DNA of 64,000 nt, taken from Poseidonia sp. Lineage in GTDB: Archaea > Thermoplasmatota > Poseidoniia > Poseidoniales > Poseidoniaceae. The stretch is taken from NCBI GenBank assembly GCA_030741355.1, contig JASLVM010000001.1, forward strand, positions 76,087-140,086, in the 5' to 3' direction. Shown here piece after piece: positions 1-8,468 of the stretch. The notes under the pieces are model-generated. The model was not told the origin of the DNA. It saw only the letters and a list, made by a program, of their open reading frames with translations, and did no database searches. Positions within the stretch are counted from its first letter, which is position 1; every line of letters starts with the position of its first letter. Position numbers and translations under genes: made by a program.

Positions 1-373
1 TGGCGCCGGTTTGGTTGTAGAAGGTGTCGTAGTTGTGGTTCTTGCCTTCAGCAGCAGCGAAACCAGCGAGCGTACGGAAGGAACCGTCGCTCTTCTCGGC
101 GTTCTTGCCGTTGGTGTAGATGTTCTTTGCTTCATCCCAGTTGCTGTCAGATGCAGCGGTCTTGATGTCGCAGAGGTCCTGCATCAAGGACCGGTGGTTG
201 TCCACGTTTGATGCGTAGGTGTAACCCGCATCAGAAGCATCGAGGAAAGCCGCTTTCGTCTCCTCCGCCTCTTCGGTCGTTTCGTCTTCTGTGCCGATGC
301 ATCCTGCCATAGCGGCGATCAACATCAACAGTGCTAGCGTCATTCCTTTGATTGATTTTCTCTTCAATTCCAT
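1..373 (-). CDS. Lipoprotein, N-terminal part; the gene continues beyond the window start. Function unknown.
   Basis: ATG at 373 on the minus strand, with GGAGGG 7 nt upstream. Translation MELKRKSIKGMTLALLMLIAAMAGCIGTEDE... is a signal peptide plus a lipobox Cys. It is absent from the ORF track because it runs off the window edge. Confidence 0.5.
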   Translation of the reverse strand, partial: MELKRKSIKGMTLALLMLIAAMAGCIGTEDETTEEAEETKAAFLDASDAGYTYASNVDNHRSLMQDLCDIKTAASDSNWDEAKNIYTNGKNAEKSDGSFRTLAGFAAAEGKNHNYDTFYNQTGA

Positions 374-386
374 GTTCAAACCCTCC

Positions 387-439
387 GGTTTAGGTCACCC
401 TAAAAGTGGGCCGAATATAAGGTTTAGGTCACCCTAAAA
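387..439 (-). promoter_or_regulatory. Two 19-bp direct repeats, GGTTTAGGTCACCCTAAAA (387-405 and 421-439), flanking a TATA-like AATATAA (414-420), immediately upstream of the lipoprotein gene.
   Basis: Exact 19/19 repeat read directly. Each copy carries the dyad GGTnACC. Placement around a TATA-like element and the RBS suggests an operator-promoter arrangement. Confidence 0.35.
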
Positions 440-480
440 ATGCACAGATGATGATGTGGAGCCCTTTTGCAGGGTTGCGG

Positions 481-556
481 TGGTAGTCCCTCCCGGATTT
501 GAACCGAGGTCGGAGGAACCAGAATCCTCCATGATGGACCGCTACACTAAGGGACT
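481..556 (-). tRNA. tRNA-Gln (anticodon CUG), with the 3' CCA encoded.
   Basis: The reverse complement folds as a cloverleaf. The acceptor stem is AGTCCCT/AGGGACT (A1-U72). The anticodon stem is GAGGA/TCCTC with loop TTCTGGT. The T-arm is CTCGG-TTCAAAT-CCGGG, followed by discriminator A plus CCA. Confidence 0.8.
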
Positions 557-609
557 ATGGCCCTGCGAAAACCATCGCCTTCTTCAATTCAACGGTAAGT
601 CGTCGAAAT

Positions 610-804
610 TTAGACCGTCGCAAATCTGAACATGACCTTGGAGACCCAAGAGAGCATCATGATGATCATAAAGGAAGCCAAGGCATACTTTGCCCACGGA
701 CGTGCAGGCTTGGTTTCGGGCCACAAATCCACACCCATGGCCTCGGCTTGTGCGACCAATTCGGCCAGTTCAGCAAGGTGTTCCTCGACCGAGTCATGAG
801 CCAT
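610..804 (-). CDS. Possible small protein of 64 aa with a C-terminal hydrophobic tail. Low confidence.
   Basis: An in-frame ATG at 804 lies inside the long ORF 610..1053, and only the C-terminal part avoids overlap with the 905 gene. Translation is MAHDSVEEHLAELAELVAQAEAMGVDLWPETKPARPWAKYALASFMIIMMLSWVSKVMFRFATV. No RBS was seen. Confidence 0.2.
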   Translation of the reverse strand: MAHDSVEEHLAELAELVAQAEAMGVDLWPETKPARPWAKYALASFMIIMMLSWVSKVMFRFATV

Positions 805-904
805 GTTTTTTCGTTCATCCCGCTTTATTTGAATCCGCCGCAACCCTGCAACGTCTGACCGCGTCTTCACAAGACTTTGAAAGGACGGCCCCTGAGGGAA
901 CTGT

Positions 905-2413
905 ATGAGTGAGGTTCCTGAAGGGGTTGACATGGCCTCCCGCAGTCGGGGAGCACCACGCCCGACGGCCACCATGACGCTCACTCGAGATGGGCCAGAG
1001 GGCGTTGAAGTCCTTCTCGGCTTGCGTGCAAAAACCATGCGAGCCTTCCCCAACTACTGGGCTTTCCCAGGTGGCGGCGTCTCGTCGGTGGACCGGGCCG
1101 CCATCGAAGCCCTCCCTGCGTTGGCAGGGCCGGAAGCGGCCTCAATCGCCTGCATCATGCGGGAAATGAGCGAGGAACTTGGCCTCGTCCCGTCCGGTCT
1201 GGGAGCGATGGCGATGGAACCATCAGCACGTCTCGCCATTGTTGCAGACAAAAAACAGTGGCTTCCTCTTGCCCTTGAGGGAGCCTTTCCCGTTGAGCGA
1301 GCGCACATCAAAACCCTCAGTCACCGCATCACGCCCCCGTTCGGGCCGGTTCAGTTCGACAACGCCTTCCTTCACCTCCACCTCGGTGATTGGAACGATG
1401 TTCCCGAGATTGATTTGGAGCCTCAAACCGAATTCACGGAAGTGATGTGGGCAAAGCCCGTTGACATCCTCGGCCGCTGGAAAGCCCATGAAATCAAAGT
1501 CGCTCCTCCTGTTGTTACCTTGCTCATGGAAATTGAACGCACCCTCGACCGTTGCGAGCGAGACATGAACAAAGCCGCCAGCGACATTGCTGAGCGTTTA
1601 CCCGGGCGACGTTCAATTCTCTTTGCACACGGTGTTGAAGTGGTGCCCATCAAAACCGCAACACTTCCCCCCGCTGACCATACCAATTGCTACCTTGTGG
1701 GTGACCCAGAAGGCGATTTCGTGTTGGTTGACCCAGCGGTTCGCATGCGAGAGGACATGGAGGCCTTGGCCACGGCCGTTGAACGACACCGTGGAAACCT
1801 CATCGCTGTTGTGTTCACGCACAGCCACAGCGACCATTTGGCTGATATGTCGCTCCTCAAGGAAGCGTTTGATGTTCCGGTTTGGGGAAGCGAATACACC
1901 TCACGTTCCGTGCCCTGTCAGCGAATTCTTGCCGATGGAGAGGACTTGAAGTTGGGTCGACAAACATGGAAGGTTTTGATCACACCCGGCCACCATCCCG
2001 GCCACGTGTGTTTGTTCAGTGGGGCCGGATTGGTCGCCGGAGACATGGTAGCCGGCATCGGCACCATCCTCATTCCTCCTCAGACGGGCGACATGAATGA
2101 ATACATCAGCCAATTGAAGAGGTTGAAGGGACTCAAGCCTCACTTGGTGTTCCCAAGTCATGGTCCCGTGGTCGCCATTCCTGACCGGTTGATGGAACAC
2201 TACATCACGCATCGCCTTGCACGACACGAGCGCGTCCTCAACGCCGTTAGAGAAGGAACGGGTCAGTTGGAAGACATCGCCGTTCACGCTTACGCCGACA
2301 CACCTGATGCCCATCCCGGGCTTGCACTTGACCAAACGCTCTCGCATTTGCTCGCACTTGAGGCATCAGGTAAGGTCAAACACCACCAGTCCGCATGGCA
2401 TATGGAGGGATAA
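905..2413 (+). CDS. NUDIX hydrolase fused to a metallo-beta-lactamase-fold hydrolase domain.
   Basis: The N-terminal Nudix box is GGGVSS...REMSEELGL (Gx5Ex7REUxEExGU). The C-terminal MBL motif is THSHSDH (HxHxDH), with later His residues. A GAGGG RBS lies 7 nt upstream. Confidence 0.8.
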   Translation: MSEVPEGVDMASRSRGAPRPTATMTLTRDGPEGVEVLLGLRAKTMRAFPNYWAFPGGGVSSVDRAAIEALPALAGPEAASIACIMREMSEELGLVPSGLGAMAMEPSARLAIVADKKQWLPLALEGAFPVERAHIKTLSHRITPPFGPVQFDNAFLHLHLGDWNDVPEIDLEPQTEFTEVMWAKPVDILGRWKAHEIKVAPPVVTLLMEIERTLDRCERDMNKAASDIAERLPGRRSILFAHGVEVVPIKTATLPPADHTNCYLVGDPEGDFVLVDPAVRMREDMEALATAVERHRGNLIAVVFTHSHSDHLADMSLLKEAFDVPVWGSEYTSRSVPCQRILADGEDLKLGRQTWKVLITPGHHPGHVCLFSGAGLVAGDMVAGIGTILIPPQTGDMNEYISQLKRLKGLKPHLVFPSHGPVVAIPDRLMEHYITHRLARHERVLNAVREGTGQLEDIAVHAYADTPDAHPGLALDQTLSHLLALEASGKVKHHQSAWHMEG

Positions 2414-2415
2414 AG

Positions 2416-3450
2416 ATGGGGAAGCGAGTTGTGATCACCAAAGCCGGTGGGGTTTCAGCCATCACCACTCAACCGATGGAACCGACCGCACCCGGCGAAG
2501 GTGAAGTGAGGATCAAAGTGGCGTACGCCGGCATCAATTTTGCTGATTTGCTCATGCGAATGGGGTTCTACCAACCCCGTCCGCCCTTCCCCTTCACACC
2601 AGGCTACGAAGTGAGCGGGGTGATCGATGCCCTGGGAACCGGTGTTTCTGGCTTTGAGGTGGGTCAACGGGTGGTGGCTGCCATGCGAAACGGCGGTCAA
2701 GCCAGCTACGTGCTCTCACCGATGGACCGCGTCATACCTCTTCCCGACGGTCTTTCTCTTCAAGCGGCCGCCTCCACACCGGTGACCTACATGACGGCCC
2801 ACCACATACTCCATCACCTCGGCCATCTTCGTCCAGAGGACAAGGTGCTGGTTCACGGAGGAGCTGGTGGCGTTGGAACCGCTGCCTTGCAACTCTGCAA
2901 GTGGGCGGGCATCGACCGGGTTTGGGCGACCTCATCCAAATCAAAACATCACATCATCGAGGGGTACGGTGCTCGGGCCATCGACCGACACAACGAAGAT
3001 TTCGTCGCCATCATCAAAGCGGAGACCGACGGCAAGGGAGTGGACCACGTGCTTGACCCCATTGGGGGCGACAATCTACGACGGAGTCTATCCTGTCTTG
3101 CGGAAGGAGGGCGGCTCTACACGTACGGGTTATCAGCCGCAGCACCCTCAGGAAAACGTTCGTTGTTGAAAGCCTTCTTTGCCATGCGAAAAACACCCAA
3201 ATTTGACCCCCTCCGCCTGATGACACGGAACCGTGCTGTGTTTGGCGTCCATATGGGCACCTGGTCAAACGAAGTGGTCATGCAAAGCCAACTCGCACGT
3301 ATTGTTGAGGGCATTCAAACCGGGCACCTGGAGCCCATTGTTGACCGTGTCTTCGCTGCTGAGGACGTGCAGGCTGCGCATCAACACATCCACGATGCGA
3401 AGAACATTGGCAAAGTGCTGCTGAAGTTCGAGGATGTAGACGGAGAATAG
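2416..3450 (+). CDS. NADPH:quinone oxidoreductase / zinc-type alcohol dehydrogenase superfamily (MDR).
   Basis: Rossmann motif GGAGGVGTAALQL. GGAGGG RBS 6 nt upstream of the ATG at 2416. The ORF-track start at 2395 overlaps the upstream gene. Confidence 0.8.
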   Translation: MGKRVVITKAGGVSAITTQPMEPTAPGEGEVRIKVAYAGINFADLLMRMGFYQPRPPFPFTPGYEVSGVIDALGTGVSGFEVGQRVVAAMRNGGQASYVLSPMDRVIPLPDGLSLQAAASTPVTYMTAHHILHHLGHLRPEDKVLVHGGAGGVGTAALQLCKWAGIDRVWATSSKSKHHIIEGYGARAIDRHNEDFVAIIKAETDGKGVDHVLDPIGGDNLRRSLSCLAEGGRLYTYGLSAAAPSGKRSLLKAFFAMRKTPKFDPLRLMTRNRAVFGVHMGTWSNEVVMQSQLARIVEGIQTGHLEPIVDRVFAAEDVQAAHQHIHDAKNIGKVLLKFEDVDGE

Positions 3451-3520
3451 GTGCTGTGGCGGTGCATGGTCCTGAAACCTTCTTCACACCTCGAGACTTG
3501 GAAACGACGAAGGTGAGACC

Positions 3521-5680
3521 GTGAAGAAAGCCATGTCAGGGTTTGACCTTCGCGTGATGGCGCGAGAACTTGACGCCTTGAAGGGGGCCTATGTCAAGAA
3601 GGCCTACATGCCTCATTACGAACAAATTGTACTGAGGGTCAACCCAAAGGAAGCAGACCAGCGTGACATGGTCTTCGTTCGAGGGGCTCGCATTTACACC
3701 TCAAAGCGAGACCGCCCCATGCCGATGACACCTCCACCTTTTGCGATGGTGCTTCGAAAGCACTTACGAAACGCCCGACTGACCGGAGTGAAACAGGTTG
3801 GCTTTGACCGCGTCCTGGCGTTTTCTTTTGATACAAAGAACGGCCAACGCACGCTCTATGTGGAGGTGTTTCGAGATGGAAACATCATCCTCGTAGATGA
3901 AAACGGGATCATCATTCAGCCCCTGACGCACGCATCGTATGCAGGTCGGACCCTCAAGAAAGGCGTCGAGTACACGCCTCCACCTCCGGCTATGGACCCC
4001 TACGAACTCGACGAAGCAACGCTCCAACAACTGTTGAATGAATCCGACCGAGACCTCGTGTCCACCCTCGGTGGCAAGGTCAATTTGGGGGCAACCCACG
4101 CCAACGCCGTCTGTGCTGTGGCCAACCACGAACCCAATTCACCCACGCAAGAAGCCGACGCCTCGGCTGTTTACGCTGCGCTTCATCAACTGCTCACTCA
4201 ACTTGACAACAGCGAGATGGCCCATCTTGTGCTCAAATTGCAAGAAAAAGATGCGCCGGATTGGAACCCTTTCTACCAAGGCCTGAGCGTCGCAGAACAG
4301 CAGGCGTGGTTGGCTGAACGCTCGGTGGAAGCCACGCCCATTCTCCTCCCACAACACGCCGATATGCCCCAAGTAAGTTTTCCTTCACTTTGTGAAGCCA
4401 TCGATACTTGGAAGGGGTTGCACGATGCCCACGCACTGCAACGTCGGGAAGAAGAGCGCTTTGAACAAGCCGGGCCTGGACGAGGGCAATCCACTGAGGT
4501 GGAACGTTTGGAGCGTCGTAAGGCGCAGCAAGAGAAAGCCCTGGGTGGTTTTTCTGACAAAATCGAGAAGCAACAGCGGCTGGGGCATTTGATTCAAGAG
4601 CACTGGGGCCATGTTGAAGGGTTGTTGGAACAAACGAAAGAAGCCGTGGAACGTGACGGTTGGAGCACCGTCCGAAAAGCCATCAAAAACATCCCATGGA
4701 TCGTCAACGCCGCCCCAGCAGAGCGAACCATCACGGTGGTCCTTCCGGATGAAAACAGCGAAGCCAAAGGACCGCAGGTCTTGCTGGAGTTGGACGCCAC
4801 CGTGCATCAAAACGCTCAACGCTATTTTGAGTCCGCTCGCAAACAGAAGAACAAGACCTCAGGTGCCGTACAGGCCCTTGAAGACACGGAACGGAAACTC
4901 AAGCGAGCACGGAAGAACGAGGCGAAACAGAAGGCGAGTGGCAAACTCAACCGTCTCAAACGGAGCAAACGCATGTGGTTTGAGCAGCACCGATGGGGAA
5001 TGGTCGAAGGAGGCCATCTCATCGTGGGAGGAAAGGACGCCAAAGGCAACGACGCTGTCGTCAAAAAACACCTCTCCGGCGACGACATGTACCTGCACGC
5101 CGACCTGCACGGCGCACCCTCTTGCAGTTTGAGAGCCAGCCAAGGTTTTGCGCTTGAGGAGCGCCGTCCTGCACACCTCCCTTCCGATATTCCAGCCTAC
5201 CGCTTGGTTGACAAATTGGAATCGCCTACGCTTGATGAAAAGAAGCTCCAACAGGCGGCTGTCCTCGCTCTTTCTTGGAGTCGTGCATGGAATGGAGGAG
5301 GTGCGCATGGCACGGTCTATAGCGTCAAACCGGCGCAGGTTTCCAAATCAGCACAAACCGGCGAATTCGTTGGTAAAGGAGCGTTCGTCATTCGAGGTCA
5401 ACGCACATGGTACAAAGACATGGATGTTCGAATCGGGATCGGCATCATCGCCGTGAACGGGGTTCCAATGGTGGTCTCTGGCACGCCCGAACACGTTCAA
5501 AACATGTGCCCTCGCTACGCCATCCTGACGCCTGGCCAAACCAAAAAGGACCAACTGGCCAACAAAATTTACCGCAATACAGGACTGTCAACCGATGATT
5601 TGCTGGCCGTGCTTCCCGGTGCCTGCGATGTCATCGAAGAACACGGGATACTCACGCCACCTCCTTCCGAAGAGGAATGA
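3521..5680 (+). CDS. NFACT-family RNA-binding protein (archaeal Rqc2 / FbpA homolog).
   Basis: The N-terminus MKKAMSGFDLRVMARELDALKGAYVKKAY... is typical of archaeal NFACT proteins. A central coiled-coil and a C-terminal NFACT-R-like region are present. GTG start; an alternative ATG is at 3533. Confidence 0.8.
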   Translation: MKKAMSGFDLRVMARELDALKGAYVKKAYMPHYEQIVLRVNPKEADQRDMVFVRGARIYTSKRDRPMPMTPPPFAMVLRKHLRNARLTGVKQVGFDRVLAFSFDTKNGQRTLYVEVFRDGNIILVDENGIIIQPLTHASYAGRTLKKGVEYTPPPPAMDPYELDEATLQQLLNESDRDLVSTLGGKVNLGATHANAVCAVANHEPNSPTQEADASAVYAALHQLLTQLDNSEMAHLVLKLQEKDAPDWNPFYQGLSVAEQQAWLAERSVEATPILLPQHADMPQVSFPSLCEAIDTWKGLHDAHALQRREEERFEQAGPGRGQSTEVERLERRKAQQEKALGGFSDKIEKQQRLGHLIQEHWGHVEGLLEQTKEAVERDGWSTVRKAIKNIPWIVNAAPAERTITVVLPDENSEAKGPQVLLELDATVHQNAQRYFESARKQKNKTSGAVQALEDTERKLKRARKNEAKQKASGKLNRLKRSKRMWFEQHRWGMVEGGHLIVGGKDAKGNDAVVKKHLSGDDMYLHADLHGAPSCSLRASQGFALEERRPAHLPSDIPAYRLVDKLESPTLDEKKLQQAAVLALSWSRAWNGGGAHGTVYSVKPAQVSKSAQTGEFVGKGAFVIRGQRTWYKDMDVRIGIGIIAVNGVPMVVSGTPEHVQNMCPRYAILTPGQTKKDQLANKIYRNTGLSTDDLLAVLPGACDVIEEHGILTPPPSEEE

Positions 5681-5738
5681 TTCAGAGGTGAGAAAGGCTC
5701 ACCCATGGCTTGATGGCATGGTTTGGGGTGGGGTGACC

Positions 5739-6065
5739 ATGCGCTTTTACCACAACCCGCGGTGTTCAAAATCCAGACAAGCCCTTGCCCTGCTTGAAGA
5801 ACGGGGTGTTGAAGTGGAGGTGATTCGTTATCTCGAAACGGGTGTCTTGGAAGACGATCTCAACATTCTGGCCCAACTTGAAAACGTTGTTCGTAAGAAA
5901 GAGGCGGGTCCAGAGGCGATGGCGGCCCTTCAGAGCCCTGATGACGTCATCACACTCCTTCGAAGCCACCCCAAAGCGCTTGAGCGCCCAATCCTCGTGG
6001 TCAACGGTGAGGCCGTCATCGGCCGACCGCCTGAAAACGTGTTGACCTTGCTCAAGAACGAATGA
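5739..6065 (+). CDS. ArsC/Spx-family protein (arsenate reductase / YffB-like), 108 aa.
   Basis: MRFYHNPRCSKSRQALALLEERGVEVEVIRYLE matches the ArsC-family N-terminal CxxS/redox motif. A GGTGA-type RBS is upstream. The ORF-track start at 5595 is less likely. Confidence 0.7.
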   Translation: MRFYHNPRCSKSRQALALLEERGVEVEVIRYLETGVLEDDLNILAQLENVVRKKEAGPEAMAALQSPDDVITLLRSHPKALERPILVVNGEAVIGRPPENVLTLLKNE

Positions 6066-6069
6066 ACGC

Positions 6070-7266
6070 TCACGATGGCCTGCGCACGTACATGGCCACG
6101 GCGTTGCCGCCACCAAGGCAGAGGGTGACGATGCCCGAATTCGCTTCAAGCCGGCGCATGACGCCCAGCATCGTGATGAGACAACGCGTTCCGCTGGCTC
6201 CCAAAGGATGGCCAAGACTGACAGCTCCGCCATGAAGGTTGAACCGATCGTCCGGTATTCCGATCTCCTGTGCAACCGCACAAGAGGCTGAGGCGAACGC
6301 CTCGTTGTGCTCGTAAACATCAACGTCCAAGACGTCCAAGTCGTTGCGCTCCAAGAGCATCTTGACGGCTGGAATCGGAGCGCTCATCACACGAGCGGGT
6401 TCAACGCCCGAGGTGCAGTAATCTTCGATGGTGGCCAGAACTTCCCATCCTTGGGCCTTGGCAAATTCGGCCTCGGCGATGAGCACGGCGCTGGCTCCGT
6501 CATTGAGGGTGCTGGCATTCCCTGCCGTCACGGCCCCGTTCTTGTCAAACACCGGGCGCAATCCAGCCAACGACTCAGCCGTGGTTCCGGCACGTACACC
6601 TTCATCGTTGCTCAAGACAATGGGGTCGCCTCGCCGTTGGGGCACCTCCACGTCAAACGTTTCCCAATCGAACCAACCCTTTTCCCAGGCGGTCGCCGCT
6701 CGTTGTTGGCTTCGTGCGGCAAAGGCATCCATGCTGGCACGGTCAATGTTGCATTCCTGAGCGACCGTCTCTCCGGTGGTTCCCATGTGGACGTCGTTGT
6801 AGACATCCCACAATCCATCATGAATCATTGAGTCCACCAGCGTAGAGTTGCCCATTTTCGCACCCTTGCGCTGACCCATCAAGAGTTGTGGAGCGTTACT
6901 CATGCTCTCCATACCCCCGGCGACAATGGCCTTGTATTCACCAGCACGAATGCTGTTCGCAGCCATCATGGCGGCTTTCAACGAGGAACCGCAGACCTTG
7001 TTCACGGTCACGCACGGTGTGGAGGCGGGAAGGCCGGCTCCCAAGGCAACTTGACGAGCGGGATTTTGACCAACGCCTGCCTGCAGAACCTGTCCAAAGA
7101 CGACTTCGTCCACCACGCCGCTCTCAGGTTCAATCCCCGCTCTGTTGAGAAGTTCCTTCACGGAAAGAACCCCGAGGTCAACGGCGCTCATGGAGGACAG
7201 TGTTCCCATGAATTTTCCGATGGGCGTGCGCGCCACAGCACAAATGACAGCCTTTGGTTGACTCAT
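6070..7266 (-). CDS. Acetyl-CoA C-acetyltransferase (thiolase).
   Basis: Thiolase N-terminus AVICAVARTPIGKF, active-site region NKVCGSSLKA and C-terminal CLGGGNAVAMYVRR. The start was moved to the ATG at 7266 (MSQPKAVI...) to avoid a divergent overlap with rph. Confidence 0.85.
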   Translation of the reverse strand: MSQPKAVICAVARTPIGKFMGTLSSMSAVDLGVLSVKELLNRAGIEPESGVVDEVVFGQVLQAGVGQNPARQVALGAGLPASTPCVTVNKVCGSSLKAAMMAANSIRAGEYKAIVAGGMESMSNAPQLLMGQRKGAKMGNSTLVDSMIHDGLWDVYNDVHMGTTGETVAQECNIDRASMDAFAARSQQRAATAWEKGWFDWETFDVEVPQRRGDPIVLSNDEGVRAGTTAESLAGLRPVFDKNGAVTAGNASTLNDGASAVLIAEAEFAKAQGWEVLATIEDYCTSGVEPARVMSAPIPAVKMLLERNDLDVLDVDVYEHNEAFASASCAVAQEIGIPDDRFNLHGGAVSLGHPLGASGTRCLITMLGVMRRLEANSGIVTLCLGGGNAVAMYVRRPS

Positions 7267-7346
7267 GAACAAGGGAAGCCAGTTCACACCTTCAACCTGA
7301 CCTCTTCCCATCCTCAGGCTGAGGAAGGGTTGATGAGGGCCACGCA

Positions 7347-8183
7347 TTGGCACGAAACATGGGGAAATTCAAAACCGAACTCAACCTTTCTCGAGCCAAC
7401 GATGAGATGCGAACGCCAGAAGTCACCTTGAACTTCACGCCCAACGCCCTTGCCTCGGTGTTGTACAAGCAGGGCGACACGGTGATTTTGGCGTGCTGCA
7501 CAAAGGAAGCTCGGCTTCCCGGCTGGTTCCCCCGAGACGCCACGAAAGGCTGGGTACACGCCGAATACTCGCTTCTTCCAGGTTCCACCGATTCTCGTTT
7601 TCGCCGTGAGCGACGCGGTGCCAAAGGTCGCACGCAAGAAATTGAACGCCTCATTGCTCGCTCACTCCGAGCAGCCGTTGACCTTGAGGCCCTGGGCCCC
7701 ATCGCTTTGAACGTGGACTGTGATGTCTTGAACGCCGACGGAGGAACCCGCTGCGCTTCCATAACAGCGGCCAATATTGCCCTCCGCTTGGCCGTTCGCC
7801 GATTGATTGCCCAAGGCGTTTGCTTGCCAATTGACCTTCGACCGACTCCCGAGCAGCGGAAGGAAGGTTGGACGCCCCCTGCGCTCGATTCTCTCGAACG
7901 CGAGAACCATGAAAACGCCGTCATTCCTCATGACCTTGCGGCGGTTTCCGTCGGACTGATCGACGGGGAAGTCTACCTTGATTTGGACTACATTCTGGAT
8001 TCCAATGCCGATGTTGACATGAACATCATCAAGACCAACGACGGCAAGTACGTCGAAGTGCAAGGCACTGGAGAAGAATCCACCTTTTCAGCCGATGAGT
8101 TATCCGCTCTGCTCGCCGGCGCTGACAAAGGACTCGAAAGGTTGTTTGCGTTCCAAAAGGAAGCCCTTGAAGGAGCAGAGTGA
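7347..8183 (+). CDS. rph: Ribonuclease PH (tRNA nucleotidyltransferase), bacterial-type.
   Basis: EIERLIARSLRAAVDLEALGPIALNVDCDVLNADGGTRCASITAANIAL is near-identical in pattern to the bacterial RNase PH core. Confidence 0.85.
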   Translation: MARNMGKFKTELNLSRANDEMRTPEVTLNFTPNALASVLYKQGDTVILACCTKEARLPGWFPRDATKGWVHAEYSLLPGSTDSRFRRERRGAKGRTQEIERLIARSLRAAVDLEALGPIALNVDCDVLNADGGTRCASITAANIALRLAVRRLIAQGVCLPIDLRPTPEQRKEGWTPPALDSLERENHENAVIPHDLAAVSVGLIDGEVYLDLDYILDSNADVDMNIIKTNDGKYVEVQGTGEESTFSADELSALLAGADKGLERLFAFQKEALEGAE

Positions 8184-8269
8184 AACATCCACCATGGTCA
8201 AGGTCCATCTCGGAGCCAGTTGCTCCATCGGAAGGCTTGATATGGCGAGGGCGTTGGCCAACCTTGCAC

Positions 8270-8345
8270 GGGTTAGTAGCTTAGTTGGGAGAGCGCGGCA
8301 CTGAAGATGCCGAGGTCGCTGGTTCAAGTCCGGCCTAACCCACCA
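8270..8345 (+). tRNA. tRNA-Phe (anticodon GAA), with the 3' CCA encoded.
   Basis: Acceptor stem GGGTTAG/CTAACCC. D-arm GCTT-AGTTGGGA-GAGC. Anticodon stem CGGCA/TGCCG with loop CTGAAGA. T-arm GCTGG-TTCAAGT-CCGGC. Discriminator A plus CCA. A TATA-like TTGATATG lies about 30 bp upstream. Confidence 0.85.
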
Positions 8346-8387
8346 ACACATGAGCACCTTCCAGTGCAACATGTGGATTGTGATGAT

Positions 8388-8425
8388 TTCTATAGAAAGG
8401 AGTCTATCGTATTGAACCCGATAGA
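8388..8425. repeat. Compound dyad element: the palindrome TTCTATAGAA (8388-8397) followed by the inverted repeat TCTATCG-N9-CGATAGA (8403-8425).
   Basis: Read directly. Both share TCTAT / ATAGA half-sites. It lies in the AT-rich spacer between tRNA-Phe and the downstream membrane-protein gene. Confidence 0.5.
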
Positions 8426-8468
8426 ACCAGGGAAAAGGATTCTTGAACTTGAGCGGGCATGCAACATC

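Noticed and set aside
11-211. 66-aa plus-strand ORF at the window start.
   Set aside because: It lies antisense inside the minus-strand lipoprotein gene (1..373), which has a convincing signal peptide, lipobox and RBS. The translation is a low-complexity Val-rich artefact.
610-1053. 147-aa minus-strand ORF overlapping the NUDIX-MBL gene start.
   Set aside because: The upstream two-thirds overlaps the well-supported 905 gene and its RBS. Only the last 64 codons (610..804) could be real, and they are kept as a low-confidence feature.
7267-7353. Longer thiolase N-terminus starting at 7353.
   Set aside because: It would overlap the divergent rph start (7347) head-to-head. The thiolase family N-terminus (AVICAVARTPIGKF) begins at the ATG at 7266.
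481-8345. Integrated mobile element next to the tRNA genes.
   Set aside because: No integrase, transposase or phage gene, no tRNA 3'-end direct-repeat duplication, and no compositional break was seen on either side of tRNA-Gln or tRNA-Phe.
8307-8468. ORF-track start of the 760-aa protein at 8307.
   Set aside because: It overlaps the tRNA-Phe gene (8270..8345) on the same strand. The region is AT-rich and dyad-rich, and looks regulatory. The first in-frame ATG after the tRNA (8469) was used instead.
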